The notes beneath the pieces were generated by a model that ran no database searches, had not been told where the DNA came from, and worked only from the letters and a program-made list of their open reading frames with translations. From contig CAZTVB010000001.1 in the NCBI GenBank assembly GCA_964616315.1, positions 1 through 34,385 on the forward strand: a DNA stretch of 34,385 bases, in the 5' to 3' direction. The position numbers and the translations under genes were made by a program. Origin of the DNA: an uncultured Rikenellaceae bacterium. GTDB lineage: Bacteria; Bacteroidota; Bacteroidia; Bacteroidales; Tenuifilaceae. Positions within the stretch are counted from its first letter, which is position 1. Every line of letters starts with the position of its first letter. Positions 9,212-19,229 of this stretch are shown here, in pieces.

Positions 9212-10204
9212 ATGGCACAACCAAACGAAAAAATGAACTATAAGCTTCTGCTTATGCTTATTGTTCCAGCAGTTATTGTATTTGGCATTTTTATTTACGT
9301 TAACTCCAAGGGAAGCGAACAGGTTCAGCAGTCAACAAATGAGATTCCCATTCCTGAAGCAACAAAGGATGATGTTCCCACATCAAAGAAAACAGCATAC
9401 CAGGAACTAAAGGAAAGGCAGCTGAAGGAGCTTGAAGCAAAAGGAAGGGGTAGTCAAGTTGAATCGGACGATTTCATGGAACTGGCAACAAGCGACGGAG
9501 TGGAGGAGGAGAAAAAGGAGTACCAAGCCCCAGCGGAGGAGGTACCGGAGGAGCCTAAGAGGTCTGTGAGAAAAAGGAATCCCATTAAAACTGAAGAACC
9601 TGTCGAGCAACCTAAGGAGGAAGTGAAGGTTGTGGTTCAGGAAAAACCCGCAGAGGTTAAGCGAGGTGGACTAGGCATTGTTAGATCGGGAAACGGCTCT
9701 GAGGGTGGATCGGTGGCAAAGAGCGCATCGGCATCAAAGGAGGGAAAAAGGTATTTTCCTGTAATCCTCGATGAGAGCGTTACGATTAAGAATAACAGCT
9801 CGGTAGTGTTCCTTCTGCTCGACGATGTTAACCTTGGGGATGTGGTGGTGAAAAAGAATTCGTACCTATTCGGAAAGGCAAGGGATAACGGCGTAGCATT
9901 TGATGTGCTTATCGAGGAGATTAAGAATACGGATGGGAAGGTAATCGGGGTAAAGGATCGAAACATTTTCATTTACGACGAGAAGTATTCAAAGGGATTG
10001 GCCCACGAAGGGAAGCTAAACGAAGCGGTTAATGAGTCGGCGGGGGAATCGGGAAGCGATGCCGTTGGCAGCATAAGAACAAGTAACCAAACGGCAACTC
10101 AAGCACTGAGGGCACTGGATAAAACGGTGGGAGCGATAGCAAGGAAAAAGGAAACAACAATATCCCTGTCAAAAGGGTATAAAGTATTCGTTAAAATGGA
10201 ATAG
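9212..10204 (+). CDS. traM: VirB10-like TraM
   Basis: Start moved to ATG 9212, just after the traK stop. TM helix, IPEATKDDVPTSKKTAY segment, E/P/K-rich linker, and beta-rich C-domain ending LSKGYKVFV. Confidence 0.8.
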   Translation: MAQPNEKMNYKLLLMLIVPAVIVFGIFIYVNSKGSEQVQQSTNEIPIPEATKDDVPTSKKTAYQELKERQLKELEAKGRGSQVESDDFMELATSDGVEEEKKEYQAPAEEVPEEPKRSVRKRNPIKTEEPVEQPKEEVKVVVQEKPAEVKRGGLGIVRSGNGSEGGSVAKSASASKEGKRYFPVILDESVTIKNNSSVVFLLLDDVNLGDVVVKKNSYLFGKARDNGVAFDVLIEEIKNTDGKVIGVKDRNIFIYDEKYSKGLAHEGKLNEAVNESAGESGSDAVGSIRTSNQTATQALRALDKTVGAIARKKETTISLSKGYKVFVKME

Positions 10205-10205
10205 T

Positions 10206-11036
10206 ATGAGAGCAGCAGCTGTAACAGTTTTGGTTTTATTTACGTATTTCTGTAATGCGCAACAGGATATGGGAATGATAGAGGTTGACGAGAATAATAC
10301 GGCAACCCTGGTTTTTCTGGAAAAGATTGATTTTATCGTTATAGGGAACAATCCCCCTGAAGGGGCAGGGTTTCTTTTCTACGATGTTTTTCAGGATGGT
10401 CGTATGTGCGTTATTCGAGGGAATACGGACAAAGCGCCCTTAACTTCGATAACGGTAAAACTTATCAACGAAAAGGTGTACTTCGGAAAGTTGAAGTTCG
10501 GAACGTCAACGAAGATATTTTACGATTTCTCGGGAAAGGATCGCGAGGAAAAGGAGCAGCTTATTGAAAAGGAAAAGGTTATTGAAGCAAAATCGGAGGC
10601 AATCGATGAGGAGCGACTTGACCAGCTGATGAAGGAGAAACAGGAGTACTTTGTCTACGGAATAAGGGAGAGTAACGTTGAGTATATCGTTTCAAACATA
10701 AGGAATGATGATAAGAACACCTACATAAAAATGATTATAAACAATAATACAGCTGGTGATTACAATATTGATGGGATCCTATTCAAGTTCGTTGAAGGGA
10801 AGCGTAGGGGAGCAAAAAAGAATGAGGCTAAAACTGAGGAGCGAATTATGCCCAAAAGGATAAAAGGACCGGAAATAGCAACGGCTTACACAAAAACTGA
10901 AATAGGTATAATCATTCCCCTATTTTCTGTGGGAAATAGCGGAGACTTAGAGATTCAGTTAAGGGAAAAGAATGGAACTCGCAACCCATTGATACGAATT
11001 AGTGGTAAGGATATGCTAAAGGTCAAGGTATTTTAA
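10206..11036 (+). CDS. traN: VirB9-like TraN (DUF4138-like)
   Basis: Signal peptide, T.TLVF..IDFI.IG N-terminal motif and LEIQLREKNGTRN C-terminal motif. Confidence 0.85.
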   Translation: MRAAAVTVLVLFTYFCNAQQDMGMIEVDENNTATLVFLEKIDFIVIGNNPPEGAGFLFYDVFQDGRMCVIRGNTDKAPLTSITVKLINEKVYFGKLKFGTSTKIFYDFSGKDREEKEQLIEKEKVIEAKSEAIDEERLDQLMKEKQEYFVYGIRESNVEYIVSNIRNDDKNTYIKMIINNNTAGDYNIDGILFKFVEGKRRGAKKNEAKTEERIMPKRIKGPEIATAYTKTEIGIIIPLFSVGNSGDLEIQLREKNGTRNPLIRISGKDMLKVKVF

Positions 11037-11052
11037 AAACCATAAATAAAAC

Positions 11053-11562
11053 ATGAAAAAAGCACTTCTCATTTTTCTCTTTTCATTCCTTTGCGCCTGG
11101 GGTGCAAAGGCGCAGCTAATCCATGCTAAAGGCGATATGTCGGCTGGATTGGGCTTTAGCTTCGTTCAGGGGGGCTTTAACACGGCTGCTAGGTATAACT
11201 ACCTACTAAGCAATAGCATTGGCTTAAAGGGTTCAATTCTCTACGAAAGCAAGGCGTTCGAGTTCAATAAGCTAAGCATTGTGGCTTTCGAAGCAGACGC
11301 TTTATATACATTCAAACGGTATGGTAATAGCTGGTTTCTAAACGTAGGGGCTGGTCTATTTTCGGGATACGAAATTAGTAATAGTACTATATTCGAGAAC
11401 TACCGTAAATTCTCCGTTGGCGAATCGTTATCAATCTCTGTCGACTACTACATAAACCACAGGTTTATTGTCGATTTAACCGTTAAGCAGCGTATTCATC
11501 AGCTTAGCGAGTTCGGCCAGCTTAGCTGGTATTCGGGTTTAGGTGTTAACTATAAATTTTAA
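11053..11562 (+). CDS. traO: Outer-membrane beta-barrel TraO
   Basis: Signal peptide AKA|Q, amphipathic beta strands and terminal GLGVNYKF. Follows traN. Confidence 0.75.
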   Translation: MKKALLIFLFSFLCAWGAKAQLIHAKGDMSAGLGFSFVQGGFNTAARYNYLLSNSIGLKGSILYESKAFEFNKLSIVAFEADALYTFKRYGNSWFLNVGAGLFSGYEISNSTIFENYRKFSVGESLSISVDYYINHRFIVDLTVKQRIHQLSEFGQLSWYSGLGVNYKF

Positions 11563-11567
11563 AAATT

Positions 11568-14500
11568 ATGAAAAAAATTATAAATCTCTTTTTGTTTCTA
11601 CTTATTTGTAAACTTAGTTTTAGCCAAACCATTTTAACAGGTGATGTTATTAGTGGTAATAGAAACTATTGTTTAGGTAGCGTTACTTTTGAGCCCATTA
11701 CAATTATATCAAACAACCCAACAACACCACCCAATAATAACTTTTATGAAATTTTATGGTATATTAGCAGGTATTCGGGGGGGGTTTGGTCAAGTTGGGA
11801 AATTTATAGACAACAAGAATACCAAATTAGTAATATTACTGCTCTTACCAGTCCTTTAGCGTTAACTACGGAAACAGTCGGGTGTCGCTATAAAAGAGTA
11901 AGAAGATATAGGGATTTCAGCGAAAATATTACTCTTATAGAAAGTACCATATCTGAAAGGGGCATACACACATCGCTTACAGAGGGAACTTGGGGCTTAA
12001 ATCAAGATGTTCTTTATGGCGCTTTTCCATCTCGATTAAATCATATAACCTTACCTAGCACTCCTTTTGGTTACGTTAATGAAAAGGGTGTTTACAAGTC
12101 AGGATCAGATTTTGTTTTTTCTTATATTCCTTATTCCTCAGATGATAATTATTATGATTTTACAGCAAATAACGATCCAGCACTTGTTGATTCATACTAT
12201 AAATATAAATATGAATTAAATTCATCTACTGGTCAAGTTTGCTTAACGGGTTGGTCAAACCTTGTTAAAATAACTGTAATTTTTGATATTAACCCTGGTG
12301 TTATAGGTACAAATCATTCATGTTGCTATAATCAATTGCCTAGTAGATTAACAAATGTTGAATCTGCAAACGGTGGTAGTCCATCTTTTACATATCAATG
12401 GCAAATATCAAACAGCAGTACAAGTGGGTTCACTGATATTGCAGATGCAAATTATGAATATCTTGATTACAGCGTAAACTTAACCGAAACTAAATATTTT
12501 AGAAGAAAGGTTACTTTAGGCTCTATTGTTAAATATTCCAATGTAGTTACTGTTACCGTTGCTTTACCATTAAGCGGAGGAACTATAGGAACTGAACAGT
12601 TGCTCTGTAAGGGTTCTAGTTTTGCAACGATAACCAATTCTCAACTACCATCAGGAGGAAATGGGGCTTTCAGCTACGCTTGGGAATACTCTCTTAATGG
12701 AACTTCAAATTGGCTGGCTATATCAGGGCAAACAGGCTCTACGCTGCCTGGTTCGGTACTTAACGAAACGAGGTACTACAGGCGAAAAGCGACGAATACT
12801 TGTGGCTTTGCCTACTCAAATGTTATTAAAAAAGAGGTTGCCATTGATTTTCTGGCAGGTGCAATTCAAGCTGACCAAAATATATGCTACAATTACATTC
12901 CAGCAACAATTACAAACCAAACATACGCTTCTGGTGGAATTGGTACTATAGCCTATTCGTGGCAATCTTCTAGTAATAATATTGATTTTACTACTATATC
13001 CGGTCAAACAGGAGCAACCTATTCCCCTTCTGCGTTGCTAGCTACTAAGTACTACAGAAGGGTAGCTACGAATACTTGCGGCTCTCGTAATACGAATGTG
13101 ATAACTGTTTCTGTCTATTCCCAACTACTAGGTGGTTCTATTTCTACTGCACAGACAACAGTTTGCTACGGAACAACGCCAAGTTTGATTACTAACGTTA
13201 CAGGAGCAACAGGAGGTAATGGAACAATAAACTATACTTGGCAAACATCAAGCGATGGCGTAACAAATTGGAGCGATATAAGCGGAACAAACGATATAAA
13301 CTACCAGCCCTTAGCAATAACTTCCAAAAAGTACTACAGGCGCAAGGCTTCGAACAGTTGCGGCATTGCCTACTCAAATGTTCTTTCCGTAGACGTTTAC
13401 GCTCAACAGAACGGAGGAACAATAGGCGCTGACCAGCTACTTTGCAAAGGAACTGCTTTCGCTTCAATTACTAATTTATCCTCTCCTAGCGGAGGAAATG
13501 GAACATATACCTATGCTTGGGAATACTCTTTAACTGGCACTTCTAGTTGGCAAACAATAACTGGACAAACTGCTTCTACCCTACCGGGTTCGATTATTAA
13601 TGAAACTCGATTCTATAGGCGCAAGGCTACCAATACATGCGGCTCTATCTACTCAAACAGCGTTAAAAAGGAAGTTGCCCCCGATTTCTTGGCGGGTGCA
13701 ATTCTAACTGATCAAAGTATTTGCTATAACGCTACTCCAACTCCATTAACAAATGTTACCCTTGCTTCGGGTGGTATTGGTACTATAAACTATTCGTGGA
13801 AGTATCGAGATAAAATGGGTACTTGGCAACTTATTGATGGTGCTAATGGCACTGATTATTCACCTGGTCAGTTGATAAGAACAACTCCATACATACGGTA
13901 TGCAACTAACACTTGCGGTACTAAAGCATCTAATACTAGTACCGTTTCGGTTTACCCTGCTCTATCGGGTGGTTCGGTTTCAATAGGTGATCCAGTAAAA
14001 GCACCACAGCCCGTTTCAGAGGTTTCAATTTGTAGCGGAACAGCTCCAGTACTTTTTAAAAACTACTCCCTTGCTTCCGGCGGGAATGGTACTATATCCT
14101 ATAATTGGCAGTACTCCAATGATGGCACAACAAACTGGCAGGATATTAGCGGGGCTACACAAAATACCTATCAATCCCCTTCACTTACTGCTACTCGATA
14201 TTTTAGGCGAAAGGCTACTAACAGCTGTGGGTCGGACTATAGTAACGTTCTTAGAGTTAACGTTATGCCAGTTGTTGCTGCTGGGTTAATTGGTACAAGT
14301 CAAACAATTTGCTATGCTACTCTACCTCTAAAGTTTACAAATGAGCAGAGCGGTTCTGGTGGTGATGGCTCTATATCCTACGTTTGGCAGCAATCTCTTA
14401 ATGGAACAACTGGCTGGACTAACATAACTGGGGCTATTGATGCCGAGTACCAAGCGGGTTCGCTTACTGTAACTACTCACTACAGGAGAAAGGCAATAAC

Positions 14501-17500
14501 TTCATGCGGAGAAGCAACTACAGCAAACATTGTTATAACCGTAAATTCGGCTCTTTCTGGTGGTGTAATCGCTACTTCTTCAGGAAATAGTTTCGAAATT
14601 TGCTACGGAACAACCCCTTCTCCAATTACTAGTACTAGTCTTGCTAGTGGTGGTAGCGGAACATTTACGTATGCGTGGGAGAAACTTGTAATTGCTGAAC
14701 AACCTGAATGGCAAACCATTATTGGTGCAATTTCTCAAACATATTCTCCTGGTAATCTGGTTTTATCTACTCAATATCGCAGAAAGGCTACTAATAGTTG
14801 TGGTTCGGTATACTCAAATACTATAGAAGTTACGGTTAAAAATTCTGTTGTAGCGGGTTCTATTGCCATCAACACGAACGAAATTTGCTTCAACACGCAA
14901 CCGGGAAATATATACAGCGTAACAAGCCCAACGGGCGGTATGCCAACCTTTTCGTATGGATGGGAGCGCTCTCTATCGGGAACTGGCGGCTGGTCGGCAA
15001 TTTCTGGCGAAACATCAAATAACTATACCCCAGGCGTTCTTACTTCTACGTATCACTATCGAAGAAAAGAGGTTAACGCCTGTTTAACTGTTTACTCTAA
15101 TATCGTTGCTATAAACGTGGCAACGGATTTTGTTTCAGGGTCTATTATTGGTGCAGAGAATGTTTGCGCCGGAACTATTCCTTCAACTATTGAAAACACT
15201 TCCCTTGCTGCTGGCGGTTTAGGGGCTACTTCCTACTCGTGGGAGAGTTCGGCCAATGGCTCGACAGGTTGGACTGCCATTATCGATGAAACGGGCAATT
15301 CGCTTAGTTTCTCTTTGCCGTTAACTGCAACTACACACTACCGTAGAAAGGCTGTTAACTCATGTGGTGTTAAGTACTCTAATACAATTCTTAAAACGCT
15401 TGGTAATGCTCTTAATGGTGGCGTTATTGGTTATACTGGCGGTTCAGCAATTTGCTATAATGGCATTCCTAACCTTATAAATAGCACTCAAATAGCTACG
15501 GGTGGTTTCGATGCTATTTCGTATCAATGGGAGAAAAAAGCCTTTGGCTCAGAGGAATGGTCAGAAATTCTTGGTGCTACTTCGCTTACCTACCAATCTA
15601 CTGCTTTAACTACTTCTACTTCATTTAGGCGTAAAGCGACAAATGGCTGCGGTGTTACTTACAGTAATGAGGTAATTGTTTTAGTTAACGATCCTGTTAC
15701 GGCTGGGTCTATCGGAAGTGATCAAACGGTTTGCTTTGGCTCGAACGCTGAAATTACACAGCTAACCAACCCTGCGGGTGGTGAGGGTGATTTCGAGTTC
15801 GAATGGGAAATGTCTTTATCAGGAACTGGAGGGTGGAACAAAATTCTAAACGAATCTTCATCTTTTATTGTTCCTGAAAATCTTAATCAAACTTCTTACT
15901 TCCGAAGAAAGGATATTAACTCATGCGGTTTTGCCTATACAAATATTGTTACTATAACGGTTTCAGGTGTTTTTAACTCTGGTTCAATCGTTGGTGCAGA
16001 AGATGTTTGTAATGGCGATGTTGCTTCAACCATTGAAAGCGGCTCTCTCGCTTCGGGTGGCATAGGGGAAATTAGCTACTCTTGGGAGGTTTCTTTAAAC
16101 GGAACTTCTGGATGGAACGTTATAGCTAATGAAACCAATAGTTCGCTTACTTTCTCTTTACCGTTAACAGCTACAAGTTATTTCCGTAGAAAAGCGGTTA
16201 GCTCTTGTGGTCCTAAGTACTCGAACGTCGTACTAAAAACACTTGGCTCTGAACTTAGCGGCGGTGTGGTTTTACTTTCCTCTGAATCCCCTATTTGCCA
16301 CAGTACAGCCCCTAGCATTATTAACAGTACGCTTTTAGCTTCTGGTGGTTTTGGTGGATTTACATACCAATGGGAGAAAAAACCCTTAGGCACAGAAGAA
16401 TGGTTAGAAATTCTAGGAGCAACAGCGCCTACTTACCAATCGAACGCTTTAGGTACTACAACTTCCTTTAGAAGAAAAGCGACTAATAGCTGTGGGATTT
16501 CTTATAGCAACGAGGTAACGGTTTTTGTAAACGATCCAGTAGTTTCGGGTTCTATTGGCGTTAATCAAACGGTTTGCTACGGAACTAATGCTGAAATTAC
16601 TCAATATACAAGCCCTTCGGGTGGGGATGGTGATTTCGAGTTCGAATGGGAAATGTCCTTATCAGGAACAGGAAACTGGAACAAAATTTCTAACGAAACT
16701 TCAGCTAACCTTATTACTGCAAACCTTTTCCAAACTACTTACTATCGTAGAAAGGACATAAACGCTTGTATGGCTATGTTTACCAACATGGTTACCATTA
16801 CGGTTTCTAGTGAGTTTATTCCTGGTTCAATTTCAGGTAATCAAAGTTTATGTAATGGCCTTGTTCCTTCGAATATTTCTAGTTCAACCCCTGCCGCTGG
16901 CGGTATTGGCGAAATATCCTATTCTTGGGAATTTTCTAGTTCTGGCTCGAGTACTTGGTATTCAATATCCGGAGCTATTGGTCTTTCCTATCAACCTGAT
17001 GCCTTAACTCAAGATACTTGGTACAGAAGAAAGGCCGTTTCTGGTTGTGGCATTTTGTATAGCAATTCAATCAAAAAAACGGTTTACGGTGTTCTGAACG
17101 CTGGTTCTATTAGCAGCGGTAATCAGATTATTTGCTACAACGATACGCCTAACGAAATAGCCTCTACAAATTCCCCTATTGGTGGGTTTGGTAACTACTC
17201 CTACTCATGGTTCAAACGTATTGATGGTAGTTCCGAATTTACTCTTATAGTTGGTGCAATTAGCGCAACCTATACTCCAAGCGCAATGACTGTTAGCACT
17301 TACTTCTATAGGGTGGTTACTGATAATTGCGGTTCGGCTCAGAGCAATACCGTTCTTATTTCGGTTCGTGAGCAGATAACCCCAGGATCAATTACTGGTG
17401 TGCAATCGGTTTGCTTTGGTCAGAATATTGAAACGCTCCAATCTTCTGCAAGTCCTCAGGGTGGTTTTGGTAGCTTTACGTATGTTTGGCAGCAGTCAAG

Positions 17501-19229
17501 TAACGGAACTTCGGGCTGGTCGGATATAGAAGGGGCAAACGGTTTAACCTATAGTCCGGGCGTTGCTCTGGCAACTAAGCACTACAGGCGCAAGGCTATT
17601 AATGATTGCGGTATTGCTACTTCAAACTCTGTAGCCGTAACGGTTTCAGGTGAACTTAGCGGTGGTATCATCGTTGGCGACGAAGTTGTTTGTCAGGGTG
17701 TGCCTGCCAATACTATTGAAACCTCTCAATTACCTCAGGGCGGGTTCGGCCAGTTCAGCTATATATGGGAGCAATCAGCAAATAACGCTTCTTGGTACGA
17801 AATCAGCGGTGCTAATCAGCCTACCTACAATCCTACGGGATTATCAACCAATACTTACTTTAGAAGGAAAGCATGGAACGAGTGCGGTACTGTCTACAGC
17901 AATGCAATTTTTAAGCAGTTCCTACTTCCTTTCGTTCCGGGTTCAGTCGGCCATGACCAATCGATAGACTATGGTATGGTTCCCGCTCAGCTTATAACGG
18001 TTCTTGGTACTTCAGGGGCTAGCGGTAACTACTCGATTACGTGGCAACTCTCTGTAGAGGATAACGTTTGGAACAATATTCATGCGGCCAACGCTATTAA
18101 CTACCAGCCTTTAGCGCAGTTCCAAACTACGAAATTTCGTAAGAAGGTAACGGATGAGCTCTGCGGTGAACTGTTTACGAACTTCGCTACCATTCAAGTT
18201 TTCCCTAACCTTTTACCAGGTGAAATAACGGGTACTCAAACAGTATGCTACAACGGTATTCCTACCCTTATTGGACAATCGGTTGCTGCAACGGGTGGAA
18301 ATGGAAATATGGACATTCGCTGGGAGAAAAGCCTAAACAATAACAGCTGGACTGAAATTTCTGGCCAGATGTCGGCTACCTTCCAGCCCTCAAATCTTAC
18401 GGAAACTACCTACTTCCGTAGAAAAGTTACTTCTGGTTCGCTGGTTCGCTACAGTAACGTTATTCTTATAACCGTTCGCGAACAGGTTACTACTCCTATA
18501 ATTTCTGGCGGTGGTACGTTCTGCAAAGGAAGCAACATTACCATGAATATTACCAATAGCGCTTTTGGTTTAACGTATGAGTGGTACAATCAATCACAGA
18601 CTTTTGTGCAGAATGGGCTAACGCTATCTGAAAATAACATTCAGGCAACGAAGAAGTTTTACGCCAGGGGTAAAAACGAGGTCAACTGCTACAGCGCATT
18701 CGGTGAGGTTAATTTAATAGTCGATCCCATCAACGCCAACTTTACGCAGTCGCATACCAATATTGTCGAGGGTGGACAAGTACAATTCTACAGCACTTCA
18801 ACTAATGCCAGCTCCTTTGAATGGAACTTTGGTATAGGGGAAATTTACACCGAGCAAAACCCCTACGTGTACTACAACCAACCGGGAATTTACGCTACCA
18901 ACCTAAAAGTTTGGAGTTCTCTCGGTTGCACAAGCGAAAAACTGGTTTCGACCTCTGTAACGGTTTCGCCTTACAACTCGGTTGATGATAACCCTGTTTC
19001 AGTTTCTCTTTACCCAAATCCTACGGATGGCGTGGTTTCCATTGAATCCGATTTGGGCATCGAGGCGGTTGAAGTTTACAACCTTTTAGGAGTTAAACAG
19101 GTGTTTAGTAACTATTCGAACGAAACTCTTGTAACCCTAAACCTTCGGGAGTCACTAGCTAAAGGGGTTTACCTAGTTAAGGTTTACGGAAATGGTCATA
19201 TTGCAAATTTTAAGGTTATACTACAATGA
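11568..19229 (+). CDS. Giant Ig-like-repeat surface protein/adhesin with PKD domain and T9SS type A C-terminal sorting domain
   Basis: SPI signal (SFS|Q), two divergent N-terminal units and 22 clear ~93-aa repeats. These are followed by one further Ig-like domain, a PKD domain (ANF...WNFG...NP..YY..PG.Y) and a CTD (LYPNPT...VYNLLG...L.KGVYLVKV...KVIL). Confidence 0.85.
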   Translation: MKKIINLFLFLLICKLSFSQTILTGDVISGNRNYCLGSVTFEPITIISNNPTTPPNNNFYEILWYISRYSGGVWSSWEIYRQQEYQISNITALTSPLALTTETVGCRYKRVRRYRDFSENITLIESTISERGIHTSLTEGTWGLNQDVLYGAFPSRLNHITLPSTPFGYVNEKGVYKSGSDFVFSYIPYSSDDNYYDFTANNDPALVDSYYKYKYELNSSTGQVCLTGWSNLVKITVIFDINPGVIGTNHSCCYNQLPSRLTNVESANGGSPSFTYQWQISNSSTSGFTDIADANYEYLDYSVNLTETKYFRRKVTLGSIVKYSNVVTVTVALPLSGGTIGTEQLLCKGSSFATITNSQLPSGGNGAFSYAWEYSLNGTSNWLAISGQTGSTLPGSVLNETRYYRRKATNTCGFAYSNVIKKEVAIDFLAGAIQADQNICYNYIPATITNQTYASGGIGTIAYSWQSSSNNIDFTTISGQTGATYSPSALLATKYYRRVATNTCGSRNTNVITVSVYSQLLGGSISTAQTTVCYGTTPSLITNVTGATGGNGTINYTWQTSSDGVTNWSDISGTNDINYQPLAITSKKYYRRKASNSCGIAYSNVLSVDVYAQQNGGTIGADQLLCKGTAFASITNLSSPSGGNGTYTYAWEYSLTGTSSWQTITGQTASTLPGSIINETRFYRRKATNTCGSIYSNSVKKEVAPDFLAGAILTDQSICYNATPTPLTNVTLASGGIGTINYSWKYRDKMGTWQLIDGANGTDYSPGQLIRTTPYIRYATNTCGTKASNTSTVSVYPALSGGSVSIGDPVKAPQPVSEVSICSGTAPVLFKNYSLASGGNGTISYNWQYSNDGTTNWQDISGATQNTYQSPSLTATRYFRRKATNSCGSDYSNVLRVNVMPVVAAGLIGTSQTICYATLPLKFTNEQSGSGGDGSISYVWQQSLNGTTGWTNITGAIDAEYQAGSLTVTTHYRRKAITSCGEATTANIVITVNSALSGGVIATSSGNSFEICYGTTPSPITSTSLASGGSGTFTYAWEKLVIAEQPEWQTIIGAISQTYSPGNLVLSTQYRRKATNSCGSVYSNTIEVTVKNSVVAGSIAINTNEICFNTQPGNIYSVTSPTGGMPTFSYGWERSLSGTGGWSAISGETSNNYTPGVLTSTYHYRRKEVNACLTVYSNIVAINVATDFVSGSIIGAENVCAGTIPSTIENTSLAAGGLGATSYSWESSANGSTGWTAIIDETGNSLSFSLPLTATTHYRRKAVNSCGVKYSNTILKTLGNALNGGVIGYTGGSAICYNGIPNLINSTQIATGGFDAISYQWEKKAFGSEEWSEILGATSLTYQSTALTTSTSFRRKATNGCGVTYSNEVIVLVNDPVTAGSIGSDQTVCFGSNAEITQLTNPAGGEGDFEFEWEMSLSGTGGWNKILNESSSFIVPENLNQTSYFRRKDINSCGFAYTNIVTITVSGVFNSGSIVGAEDVCNGDVASTIESGSLASGGIGEISYSWEVSLNGTSGWNVIANETNSSLTFSLPLTATSYFRRKAVSSCGPKYSNVVLKTLGSELSGGVVLLSSESPICHSTAPSIINSTLLASGGFGGFTYQWEKKPLGTEEWLEILGATAPTYQSNALGTTTSFRRKATNSCGISYSNEVTVFVNDPVVSGSIGVNQTVCYGTNAEITQYTSPSGGDGDFEFEWEMSLSGTGNWNKISNETSANLITANLFQTTYYRRKDINACMAMFTNMVTITVSSEFIPGSISGNQSLCNGLVPSNISSSTPAAGGIGEISYSWEFSSSGSSTWYSISGAIGLSYQPDALTQDTWYRRKAVSGCGILYSNSIKKTVYGVLNAGSISSGNQIICYNDTPNEIASTNSPIGGFGNYSYSWFKRIDGSSEFTLIVGAISATYTPSAMTVSTYFYRVVTDNCGSAQSNTVLISVREQITPGSITGVQSVCFGQNIETLQSSASPQGGFGSFTYVWQQSSNGTSGWSDIEGANGLTYSPGVALATKHYRRKAINDCGIATSNSVAVTVSGELSGGIIVGDEVVCQGVPANTIETSQLPQGGFGQFSYIWEQSANNASWYEISGANQPTYNPTGLSTNTYFRRKAWNECGTVYSNAIFKQFLLPFVPGSVGHDQSIDYGMVPAQLITVLGTSGASGNYSITWQLSVEDNVWNNIHAANAINYQPLAQFQTTKFRKKVTDELCGELFTNFATIQVFPNLLPGEITGTQTVCYNGIPTLIGQSVAATGGNGNMDIRWEKSLNNNSWTEISGQMSATFQPSNLTETTYFRRKVTSGSLVRYSNVILITVREQVTTPIISGGGTFCKGSNITMNITNSAFGLTYEWYNQSQTFVQNGLTLSENNIQATKKFYARGKNEVNCYSAFGEVNLIVDPINANFTQSHTNIVEGGQVQFYSTSTNASSFEWNFGIGEIYTEQNPYVYYNQPGIYATNLKVWSSLGCTSEKLVSTSVTVSPYNSVDDNPVSVSLYPNPTDGVVSIESDLGIEAVEVYNLLGVKQVFSNYSNETLVTLNLRESLAKGVYLVKVYGNGHIANFKVILQ
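12288..18485 (+). repeat. 22 tandem ~280-bp coding repeats (Ig-like domains)
   Basis: Recurrent motif G.I..Q..C....P......GG.G...Y.W..S......W..I.G.....Y.P..L..T.YYRRKA.N.CG..YSN. Confidence 0.9.

Noticed and set aside
12661-17967. Short alternative-frame and antisense ORFs inside the giant gene (and similar ones inside traG, traM, topB and the R-M gene)
   Set aside because: They are shadow ORFs of well-supported genes and carry no recognisable motifs.
12288-18485. Possible CRISPR array or DGR template/variable repeats in the repetitive region
   Set aside because: The repeats are degenerate in-frame coding domains. There is no constant repeat-spacer pattern, no adenine-specific variation that I could see, and no cas or reverse transcriptase gene.
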